64,000 nt of DNA, from contig JANJGN010000026.1 of the NCBI GenBank assembly GCA_026770705.1, forward strand, positions 29,884,001 to 29,948,000. The letters are read 5' to 3'. Made by a program: the position numbers and the translations under genes. Numbering within the stretch: position 1 is the first letter of the stretch; each line of letters starts with the position of its first letter. Positions 50,277-60,815 of the stretch are shown one piece after another. Source of the stretch: Isurus oxyrinchus (taxonomy: Eukaryota). Under the pieces are notes generated by a model, which was not told where the DNA came from, made no database searches, and saw only the letters and a program-made list of their open reading frames with translations.

Positions 50277-50322
50277 CGGCTAGGAAAGCCAGAAGTAGGC
50301 CGACAAATATCGCGGGCATCAT
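50277..50322 (-). CDS. Leader exon of the VH-like V
   Basis: MMPAIFVGLLLAFLA-G with GTAAG donor, phase 1, and a 116-nt intron to the V exon. Confidence 0.9.
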
Positions 50323-50451
50323 GTTTCTAGACCCTGTGTTGATTTAGACAGCTCGATCCTCCAGTTAAAGGAATTGGAGGGTTGTTGGTCTCTGCTCCGC
50401 AATCACATCGGGTTTATCCAATCGGCAGAGTTTGGGTTCGATGACACACAC

Positions 50452-50479
50452 GATTGGTTGCCTGCAATCGACGTCACTG
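50452..50479 (-). promoter_or_regulatory. VH-like promoter: CRE/decamer-like AGTGACGTCG plus CCAAT
   Basis: Minus strand reads CAGTGACGTCGATTGCAGGCAACCAATC about 130-160 nt upstream of the ATG. No octamer seen nearby. Confidence 0.5.
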
Positions 50480-51998
50480 CAAACCCATCCCCATCAAGAG
50501 CAAGTGCGGGTCAGCAAAGATTCATTGGTAAACCTGGTGACATGAAAAATGTTCCTGGTGTTTCCTTTCATAACACTGGCTCGAGCGCAAATTTCATTTC
50601 CCGACTGATGTTCGGGTTATTTCCTTCCAATGTTCCAGCAAGTTGGATAACACAATTGTATCTCACATCGGATCCAAACTCTCTGAAGGAACTATCTTAA
50701 TAATCCCACTTCCCCGCTTTATTCCACAGGTTCCTATGTGTTCCCCTTCAAACTGTTTATTCAATCCTGTGGGAAAGTTATACTGAATCAGTAACCCACC
50801 TCTCATTCATTCCGACATTCCAGATCGCAGTACTCCATTTCCCAATGCAGCAAGACCCGGACAACATCCAGGCTTGGGCTGACAAGTGAAAAGTCACATT
50901 CGCGCCACACATGTGCCAGGCAATGACCATCTCCAACTAACGAGAATCCAACAATCGCTCCTTGACATTCAATGGCATGACCATCACTGAATCCCCTACT
51001 ATCAGCATCCTGGGGCTTAGCATTGACCAGAAACTGAACTGGACTCGCCATATAAATACAGTGGCTGCAAGAGCAGGTCAGGGGCTAGAAATCCTACTAC
51101 GAGTAACCCACCTCCTGACTCCCCAAAGCCTGCCCACCATCTACAAGGTGCAAGTCAGGAGTGTGATGGAATACTCCCCTCTTGCCCGTATTGGTTGGCG
51201 AGTGGGCTCTGACTGGTAGAAGCAGCTCCAATTGGTTCACTCTCCATGACAACCTCCCTAACAATCAGAGTCCAGCTGCCAACCAATCAGCACTCTCTTC
51301 TCATGCAGTATGCTGACATCGGTATTTTCTTGCCAATTGTCCTGATGGGTGCAGGGCGAGCAGATTCGACTAAAAAATGTCTCGTTTATGCAGCAACGAT
51401 CGAAATTAAATGGTAAGATTTATGGGGAAAGCGACAGTGATATTAATCTAATGTTAGAGGATCAATCCTCTTTCTTTAATTCTTTCAGGGGATGTGGGCA
51501 TCTCTGGCTCAGGCAACAGTTATTGCCCACCTCTAATCGCCCCTGTTCAGAGGGCTTTTAGGAGCCCACACTCAACAGTTTTGAGCCAACTCTATTGTTG
51601 TGGGTCTAGTGTCACATGTAGGCCAGACCCAGTAAGGATGGCAGATTTTCTTCCCTAAAAGGAATGAGTGTGACGGATGGGTTTACTATGACAAGCAGGT
51701 TATCATTTAGCATTTTAATTCCAGGTTTTACTTATTGAATTGAAATTCCGCCACCTGCCATAGTGGGTTTTTACCCAGATGGCCAGAGGATTAACCTGGG
51801 TCTCTGGATTACTAGCCCAGTTACAATGGAACGACACCATCGCCTCCCCCACTGATCCTTTTCTGCGCCATGTAAGACGATGAGGTGATGAACTGCTGTG
51901 AGAAATGGATTCATTGGTGTTACACTATGGTGGAAACTGTTGCATTTGCTCTTGTTTCGGTTATTTGGACAGACCTGGGTCTGAACCCTCTCACTGTG

Positions 51999-52302
51999 TA
52001 GCTGTGCACAAAAAACAAGTTGCGCTGTCTTTCACTGTCAAACTCCTGATTTTCAAGCGAAGAGATGGCTTGGCAGGTCTTTGGAAGCAGTAAGCTGCAC
52101 TCTCACCTCCTGGTGGTACCGATTTGTATCTGCAGCATAAGAGGATCCAGCCAATCCGGCCTCTGCCCAGCACCCTGCCAGTACCAATACATCCAGTGCC
52201 CGCTAAGGTTGAACCCGCTGATTTTACAGATCATGGTCAGGGACTGTCCGGGAAGCCCCGTCTCTACCTTTAGCTGAGTCAACACCACATCCAACTGGAC
52301 AC
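51999..52302 (-). pseudogene. IgH-like V pseudogene (paralog of 49856-50160)
   Basis: VQLDVVLTQLKVETGLPGQSLTMICKISGFNLSGHWMYWYWQGAGQRPDWL, then frameshifts; remnants TASKD..HLFA and KIRSLTVKDSAT. RSS CACAGTG-23/24-(C)CAAATAAC(C). Confidence 0.85.
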
Positions 52303-52441
52303 CTTCAAACACACAAATACACACAAAAAAACTAGCATTAATGGTGCCCAGCAGCCCAGCTCCCTCTGAGTGGCAACCTCCAGAGGGCTATCGAGGGGAA
52401 CAGAGGCAGGACAGGGACTGGGACAATGTGGGGTCACTCAC

Positions 52442-52487
52442 TGGACAGAAAGCCCAGCCACATTGTGGACAATACCATTGACTTCAT
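52442..52487 (-). pseudogene. Leader exon of the IgH-like V pseudogene
   Basis: MKSMVLSTMWLGFLS with GTGAG donor, 46 nt, phase 1. Confidence 0.75.
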
Positions 52488-53350
52488 GCTCCTTGGGTCT
52501 TGGCTGACTCATATAGCTGGGTCTCCCCAACCTCCACCAACCCCACCAGTCACTCCCTGAGTAAAGCAGTTGATGGGCTGTTCAGATCCTGATCAGCTGT
52601 TGGGTGGGGGTGGGGTTACTGAACTGACAGACGGGGGCGGGTTTGGAGAACAGAAACCATTGGCTGCAATCAGCCGCCCATCGATTGCAAACAGACAGCG
52701 TCATCGCTCTTGTCAAGGCAGACCGACCGTGTGCAAGATGCGCTCATTAAAACATCAACGCTCCTGGACAGGCACGACAAGGTAGATACTGAGAGGTTTT
52801 ATTTATTATTATTACACTCCCCACCACCCTCCCCCCTCCCCCCAACCCATAGAATGCAGGGTTAATGCCCCAGGACAAAGCTGGGTCACTTTGGATCAGC
52901 TGAGAAGATATTTCTTCATTCAGCTTGTGGCAAGACTTTGGAACTGGGCAGCTCAGAGACTCCTGCAAATTCTACTGCTGATCATATCTTTCACTTTCTC
53001 TCTCTTTCTCATTCTTGTCACTGTCCCTCTTACTCTCTTACTCATGATGTATCTTCCTATATCTTTCACTTTCTTTCACTCTCTATACCTCCTGTTTGTC
53101 TCTGACTCGCTTTCTCTCTGGCCCTATATCTTTCACTTTCTGCTTTCTCTCTCTCTCACTCTCTTTCTCTCTCTCTCTCTGTTTCATGCTTGCCTTTGTC
53201 TCTTCCTCTCTTACTTCACGATGTCTGTCCCTATGACTTTCTCTCTCTCTATCTCTCTCTGTCTCCGGCTTCGCTCCTGTTGAGTCGGAGCATTCTCTGT
53301 CCTGCCAGGTGCTTTCTTGCTGCAGGAGGCATTGCGTGTGGAGCACAGTG

Positions 53351-53654
53351 TCAGACGAGGCACAGTAGTAGATGGCCCCATCCTGAAACTCAGCGCCGAG
53401 AAGCAGCAAGGCCAACAGGTTCTGATCCCATTACAGCAACCCTCTGAACCTCTCTTCGAAGCCGTCCCTGTAATGATCTCTGGAGCTGTAAACCCATTCA
53501 GGCACGTGCGACTCTCTCCACTGGTACCAGTGAAACGTGAATGGCCTCCTGTTGCCATGCAGCCTGCAGAGCTGGACAGCTCCTCCGCCTTCCACCAGCC
53601 ACTCACTGGCTGGCATCTGCTCCAGCCGGAGTTGGGATTGGGCGCAATCTGCAC
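53351..53654 (-). pseudogene. Divergent TCR delta V pseudogene (single in-frame stop)
   Basis: ADCAQSQLRLEQMPASEWLVEGGGAVQLCRLHGNRRPFTFHWYQWRESHVPEWVYSSRDHYRDGFEERFRGLL*WDQNLLALLLLGAEFQDGAIYYCASS, with C, W and YYC in register. RSS CACTGTG-23-GCAAGAAAG. Confidence 0.8.
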
Positions 53655-53789
53655 CTGGGTGACCAATGAGGACAAAGGGTGTGAGAATTGGAAGGGCAGA
53701 AGAGATTTCCAATAGTTAATCATCTAAACTCAGTGGGAATATATACTAACTGGTTCTCCCAGTCACACTGGGATAGGCTGTCCCACTCC

Positions 53790-54410
53790 TGCCAGTAGAG
53801 TACAAAAACAGAGAAGTCTTGCTAAAACTTTACAAGGCAGTAGTTAGACCACACCTGGAACACCGGGAACAGTTTTGGTCCTCTTATCAAAGTAAGGATG
53901 CATTGGTACTGGAGACATTCTAGAGAAGATTCACTTGTTTGACCCTGGGGACGGAGGGATTTTCTTATGAGGAGAGGTTAAGTAGTTTGGGCCTGTACTC
54001 ATTGGAGTTTAGAAGAATGAGAGGCGAACTTACTGAAACATATAAGGTTCTTAGGGGGCTTGACAGGGTAGATGCTGAGAGGCTGTTTCTCCTTGTGGGA
54101 GACTCTAGGACCAGAGGGCATCATCTCAGAGTAAGGAGTCGTTCACTCTAAACAGAGATGAGGAGGAATTTCTTCTCTCAGAGGGCAGTCAACCTAAGGA
54201 ATTCTTTACCACAGAGGCCTGTAGAGGTGGTTAACTATATTCACGGCTGAGATAGACAGATTTTTAATCATTAAGGGAATGAAGGTTATGGAGAAAAGGT
54301 AGGAAAGTGGAGTTGAGGATTATCAGATCAGCCACGATCTCATTGAATGGCGGAGCAGACTCGATGGGCCGAATGATCGACATCTACGTCCACGTCTCTT
54401 ATGGTCTTAT
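53790..54410 (+). mobile_element. CR1 LINE 3' fragment in the intron of the V-delta pseudogene
   Basis: SYEERLSSLGLYSLEFRRMRGELTETYK. Confidence 0.8.
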
Positions 54411-54937
54411 CGCTGACAAGGCCAGCATTTTTTACCCGTCCCTAATTACCCTTGAACTGAATGGCTACTTCGCGGGGTGGTGCGGGGGGGTGGGTGGGTG
54501 GTGAGGCGGTGGGGGGGGGGGGGGGGGGGGGGGGGTGAGGCCTTGGGGGGTGGGGGGTGCAATTAAGAGGCAACCGCATCGTCTGTGGGAGGTCTGGAGT
54601 CACATGTAGGCCAAGCCGGGTAAGGGCGGCAGATTTCCTTCCCTAAAGGACGCATTAGGGAAGCAGAGGGGCTTTTGAGACAATCGGTGGTAGTGGTACT
54701 TGTTTCATGGTCACTTCAATTCCAATTAAACTCCAACTGAATTGAAATTCTACAATGCAGCGGGTTGGGAGACGAACCCATGTCCTCAGATCATTCGCCT
54801 GATCCTCCGGATGACCAGCCCGACTGTCATTGCAAATTGTGCTACCCATCCCACCCCCAACCACCAACCCAGCAAAACAATGAAAAGCGACGGCAGCGTC
54901 GAAGCAGGAGAGGCTTCTACCAAATAAAGTGACTCAC

Positions 54938-54989
54938 GTAGAAATGAGAAGAAAATTAATGCCTCTATCACTTTGAAGGATATCCCGAT
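54938..54989 (-). pseudogene. Probable leader exon of the V at 53351-53654 (ATG>ATC)
   Basis: (I)GISFKVIEALIFFSFL with GTGAGT donor, 52 nt, phase 1, compatible with the acceptor at 53654. Confidence 0.5.
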
Positions 54990-55201
54990 AGCGAGCTCAA
55001 GCTGCTTGCGTGGGACCTGCGAGAGACAACACAAGAAAGAAATCGTCTGAGAACGTACTGCCCCGGCCCGACTCTCCACCATGCAGCCCCTCTGTGGGTG
55101 AGCACAAGGAAATGATTTGATGCTTACGCTCCAGCCCCCGGGACATTAAACCAAGAGGTTGCAGCAAGATAACTTGGCAAATGCGCAAAGTGAAAACAAA
55201 T

Positions 55202-55269
<68 letters not shown>

Positions 55270-55379
55270 CCACATATTGTGACGATTCCGGAAATTGCGA
55301 GACAACACCCAGAGTTTGCAATCCGGAAGTCTGACCTTTGCATTCAGACCTTCTTGTGCCGCAGTGAGATACCGAGTGT

Positions 55380-55947
55380 TCCGCAAGAGCGGAGCCGGGC
55401 TTGGCAACGAATGGCCAGAATTTGCAACTCACCCGCAGGCTCTGCAAGAGCGGTCCCTGTCTTTGCAAGTGCGGGTCCAGTCTTTTTCAAGAGCGGATCA
55501 AGTCATTTAAAAAGGAGGTTCCAGTCTTTTGCAAGAGGGGATCCAGTCTTTAGCAAGACCGCATCCAGTCTTTTGCAGGAGCGGATCCAGACTTTTGCAA
55601 GAGCGGATCCAGTCTTTTGCAAAAGCAGATCCAGTCTTTTGCAAGAGCGGATCCAATCTTTTGCCAAAGCGGATCCAGTATTTTGTAAAATCGGATCCAG
55701 TCTTTTGCCAGAGGGGATCCAGTCTTTTGGAAAAGCGGATCCAGTCTTTGCAAGAGCGGATCCAGTCTTTGCAAGAGCGGATCCAGTCTTTTGCAAAAGC
55801 GGATCCAGTCTTTTGGAAAAGCGGATCCAGCCTTTGCAATAGCGGGTACAGCCTTTCGCAAGAGCGAATCCAGGTTTTGGAAAAGCGGATCAAATCTTTG
55901 CAGCAGCGGATCCAGCCTTTGCCAGAGCGGATCCAGCCTTTGCAAGA
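55380..55947. repeat. Minisatellite, 20-21 nt unit TTGCAAGAGCGGATCCAGTCT(T)
   Basis: Roughly 25 tandem copies visible; generates spurious ARADPVF ORFs. Confidence 0.9.
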
Positions 55948-57626
55948 CCATGATTTATATTTGCTTATAAGTCTTATAAGTATTTAATTGTTACACACAT
56001 GACAATGAGCATTCACTTATGAAGTGTCATGAACGGCTATGAACGTGTAAAATGTTACTGGAGTGCTTTATTGACTCTCTGAATCAGGTTTAGTTTGACC
56101 GTCGTAAGTTACCTTTAGGTTTTGACTTTTGTTTCTGCAGTTTCCCTTTAAGTGGCTGCTTTTCAATTTTGCCCCTGACCTTTGCTCATTGAATTTATTT
56201 GCTCTGCCTCGAGGAGAGTTAAATCCGTGGGCAACATCTCCACCTACCGCTCCGAATTGGGTACTGCAAGGACCTTTCGGTCATGCTGAGAGCCTGCGCC
56301 GAGTTGTGATGGGTTGGGGGGGGGGTGGGGGGGGGGGGGGGGGGAGGGTGGGGAGAGGATTGTGCCAAAAGTTGCGCCGGAATCTCCTCCATTCGCGCCC
56401 ATTCTGACCGCCCCAACGACGTTGCACGGGCTCAGCTAACGGGTGCTGCACTTGGATTCCACTTGGGAGAACATTGAGCGCCAAATATTCACTCCTGGCT
56501 CTGTTGTTGAGAGCCAAGGGGAGACATTCTGGACACTTGGCGCTCTGAGCAGTCCCTTCTGCCCCACTATTCCATCCTCTCCGCCCATTTTCTCCCTTCT
56601 CCCCCCCCCCCCCCCCCCCCCCGCAATCCCACCGCCACCCCCCCCCCCCCAACCCCCGCCCACACCCCACCCCATTCCAGCCCTGCCCTTTTCGGGTAAG
56701 GACGGAAACAATTGGCATTGGTCAGTGAGAATGTGACCAGGGAGCGAGGCTGGAATAATCGCAAAAGCATCAGAAATCCAGAGTTCCTTGTTTCTGCAGG
56801 AACTGCTTGATGTAGGGGAAGCAGCGGTGAAAGTCTAGTGGTACATCCAGTGGCACCTGTGGTCAGCGCACTTATGGATATATCTTTCTGTCTGTTCATC
56901 AGGTGATGTAGCTTTCTGCCTATTTCTCTGTCCATCACCTGTGTGTCCGTCTCTGTCCAACTAACATATCTCTGTTTCGTCTTTTAATGCACCAGCCTGT
57001 CAGCAGGTCTATCTATCTATCTATCTATCCATCTATCTATCTATCTCTCTATTTTTCTATCTATTTATTTATCTATCTATATACATATATATATGTGTCT
57101 ATATATCTACCTATTTTTCTATCTAATTATCTAGTTCCCTATCTACCTTTCTGNNNNNNNNNNNNNNNNNNNNNNNNNNNNNNNNNNNNNNNNNNNNNNN
57201 NNNNNNNNNNNNNNNNNNNNNNNNNNNNNNNNNNNNNNNNNNNNNNNNNNNNNNNNNNNNNNNNNNNNNNNNNNNNNNNNNNNNNNNNGTCTGTCTGTGT
57301 ATAAACGTATCTATCTGTTTTTCTGTCTGCCTATCTATCTGTCTACCTATCTAACTGTTTCTGTCTGCCTGTCTGTCTATTTATCTGTCTATCTATATGT
57401 CTATCTGCCTTTCTATCTATCAATCTATCGATCTGTCAATCTATCTACCTATCTATCTGCCTGCCCGTCTCTCCACGTCTCGATGCCAAACTTCTCCGTT
57501 GGCCCGCACTCTGACAGAGGGACATTGGACCCCGCAATGCCGGGAGCCCCAGTCTCTCATGGCCTGGAAAAAGCCACAGTTTATATACGGGTGGTTGTCC
57601 TCAAGGCCCCAGTGTGTGTGTGCGTG

Positions 57627-57932
57627 GGGTTAAGATGCAGAAGTATACTGTGCGATCCTCAGCTGTCACCTGCGAAACCATTAACCTGAAAACTCTGTAG
57701 GTTCTGCTCAGAGACGAGGCGAAGCGGCGCCTGGCGAACGCGGCACTGTCACTGAAGCCGTCGGTGCAGCATATCAGGATGTACTGGAGGCCCCAGGGCA
57801 GGGCTCCCCGGTACCAGAACAGGCAGGCCCTCTCTACCTCTGTATAGGAGCAGCTCATGGTAACCGTACCTCCCTGCTGAACGGTCATCTCTGCCTCTGG
57901 TTGTTCAAGGATCGAGGATTCAGCGACACTGC
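57627..57932 (-). CDS. TCR alpha/delta-type V exon, open frame, extra Cys, poor RSS
   Basis: SVAESSILEQPEAEMTVQQGGTVTMSCSYTEVERACLFWYRGALPWGLQYILICCTDGFSDSAAFARRRFASSLSRTYRVFRLMVSQVTAEDRTVYFCILT. RSS CACGCAC-21-ACAACCACC. Confidence 0.82.
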
Positions 57933-59297
57933 CTGAGGGACAGGGAAGAAAGCATTTAGTGGAGGCTCAGGCACTGTGAACGGTAAAATAGGGGTAACAA
58001 TGGGGCACTGGTAATATGAGCAAACGAGTAACTCCAGCTGCGGGGATGTGGGTCTAAAATTCAATTCATTTCAAATTAAATTCAATTCATCACCCTTAAA
58101 TATAAAGCTGAGGCTCACCCATGACATTTATCACCAACTGACATCAAAATAAAACCCCATCTGGTTCACTCAGGTCCTTTGAGGGAATGAAAGAAATCTG
58201 TCATCTTCACCCAGTCTGGCCTAACATGTGTCTCCAGGCTCACAGCAATGTGGTTGACTCTTAACGGCCCTTCCCAAATAATGTCTAGCAAGCGACTCAG
58301 GGCAAAAGGGACAATTAGAGATGGGCAACAAATGCTGCCCTTCACACTCACACTCACACTGCACGAAAGGATCGATGGTAAATGTCAACAGACAATCATC
58401 CGCTCAGCCAAAGGGCATTGGCGTTTGTTTTTCATTGTTTATTGGCGGGCGGGTAAGGCTGGCATTTACTGCTGGTCCCCTGTTCCTCCACCGGCCAAAG
58501 GTGTCCTTCAGCCACTGCAGCCCCATGTAGCCCAGGCTTCCCCCAACGGAGGGAGTTCCAGGATTCAGCTCCGGCGACAACATGCCCCAATCTGGATAGT
58601 GTGTGTCTCTGAGGTGGGGCAATTGGAGATGGTGGCTCTCCCATGTACCCTCTGCCCTTATCCTCCCAGTTAGGGATGTTAGGACTGGGAAAGCTATCGA
58701 AGGAGCCTTGGTGGATTGCCAGGGTTTATGATGGGAACAGAAAACACTGCAGCCTCGGTGCGTCTGCGGTGAGTTCACTGGATGTGAGCATCAGCCAGAA
58801 ATAGGAGGAATGGGAGTTGACCATAGGGTCTACTACAGCCTCCTCTGTCATTGACCCAGGGCAGGGGCTTATCTGATTGAGCCTCATCACCACTTTCCTC
58901 CCTGCTCCCAGGCCTCCCAATTTCCATACCAGTCACCATTCAGTCTAACTCCCCCTTGGATATAATCAATGGCTCTGCCTGCACAGCCCTCGGGCGAAGA
59001 GGACTCTGAAGATTCACCCAGACCAAAGGAAAATACTGCAGATGCTGGAAACCTGCAATAAAGAGAACAGAACAAGCTGGAGAGACTGGGCAGGTCTGGC
59101 AACATTTGTGGAGAAGGGAAGAGAGAGAGAGAGACAGACAGATTTTACGTTTCGGGATCTTTTACAAATCCAGTAATTAAATCAACTCCATCTCTTTGTA
59201 ATATAATTTTTCTGTTTCCAGTCAATCCAATAATCCATATGGAAGTATAGAAGGATTCCTTGGAAGTTAATCAGTGAGAATCTGAAGTGTAACTTAC

Positions 59298-59349
59298 CTG
59301 AGAAGATCGCAGTTAGACTGAAGATGATGAATCCTATTCTGACATCCAT
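59298..59349 (-). CDS. Leader exon of the V at 57627-57932
   Basis: MDVRIGFIIFSLTAIFS-G with GTAAG donor, phase 1. Confidence 0.8.
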
Positions 59350-59405
59350 CTGCACCTTCTCTATGTGCAAAAGGTACAACAGCGAATTAAACAAGGGCGC
59401 CCCTC

Positions 59406-59650
59406 TTTATACTGAGAACCAGGGCAGAACCCGAAAGCGCAATGATTGGACTTCCAGCCCAACTAGGAACTTTTAAAAAAGGTCTCGTTAAAAACCGGGT
59501 GTTCCCTCAACTTAACTCAATAAGAGAGGAGTCAGCCAAGGTGGCAAAGACCACGAAATCGCTTTCGGAATATTATTCCTCAACACCGGCTTTCTGAACT
59601 GAAGGAACAATAACAGGGACAATTCTGATTGCTCCCGCTAGGTGGCGGCA
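59406..59650 (-). promoter_or_regulatory. V promoter (TATAAA, CCAAT) with upstream CTCF-like site
   Basis: TATAAA (minus) at 59406-59411, CCAATC (minus) at 59444-59449, and CCGCTAGGTGGCGGCA (plus) at 59635-59650. Confidence 0.55.
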
Positions 59651-60579
59651 AACACTCAGGAACTGCTGAGATTGCACATGCTGTGTTTCAAAATGTCCAA
59701 ATGCCTTTAACATGTCGGAACTTTTTAATCAGGTTCACATAATTATTACCACCTTCACCACTTGGCGTTCTCCTGTTTCCACTGCAGGCTGATGCTCTGG
59801 AGCAATTATTTCTTGTCCCCTTGTCTCTGATGCAGCGCTAAACTGGTGGAAATGGCTCCCGGAAAGGGGCTAGAGATTGTTCAGGGGAAATGGGAACTGG
59901 CGAGGAGCCAGTTCAGCCCCCACAACGTTAATTAAATCATCAGAGAGAGAGTCAGCATTCAAAGGAAACTATTTCGAATGCTCTTTAGGTGGATTATGTT
60001 TGTTTTATTTTGCCCAGCCAGGAATGTATTCATCTGTCAGTGTCTGAACTTTATTGTGGTTGTGAAAAATATACTTCATTCATAAAATATATCTGAACGA
60101 ATATTGCAAATCATTTCTGAATGGCCATCACAAAAAGTGCAATCAGGTTCAACTTTTGCACATGGATCACCTAGTACTTCAATACAATCAATGAATATAA
60201 CAGTCATTTCCACATGGTCATTACAGACAGTCAGACAGAGCAATGGGATTGGAGTTATCAGTGTCTGGCCTGCTGTGATAAACAGCCTTCAGCAGACAGC
60301 AGCTTGAGCCAGAAAGCTGCAGTAGTTACTGCTCGAGACTGTCACTTGGTTCCCGTCACTGTGAGACTCAGAATAAGCAATAACCATCGCCGGTAGAGGT
60401 GCAGGTTAGAGTGACATCTTCTCCCTCTGTCTGTGTGAGTGAGGATTTCCGCTGAGTAAAGGAATCTCCATTGCTCAGACCTGGAACATACGGTTAAAGA
60501 AAGAGGGAATCAGTGATTAAAACTTCAACTGGAATGAACGAGCATCATTGGGACAAGAGAACCGGTTATTGGGCACAAA

Positions 60580-60815
60580 TGGTATCTGTGGGTGTTTACA
60601 ATCGCCAGGAGCACCTTCTATCAACCTTCATTGACTCTCCCAACATATCCTCCTCTTCGTTCCCCCACCACCTGTCCAATTATATCAGGGAAACTATTCA
60701 GCTGGTGTCTGTGGGTGTTTACAATCGCCAGGAGCAGCTTCCATCACTCTTCCTTCACTCTTCCAACATGTCCTTCTCTTCATTCCCCCATCACCTGTCC
60801 AATTATATTAGGGAC
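60580..60815. repeat. Two-copy direct repeat (~123 nt)
   Basis: tctgtgggtgtttacaatcgccaggagca...cacctgtccaattatat occurs twice. Confidence 0.8.

Noticed and set aside
55380-55947. CRISPR-like array or repeat protein
   Set aside because: Head-to-tail repeats with no unique spacers in a vertebrate genome; the ORFs are repeat artefacts.
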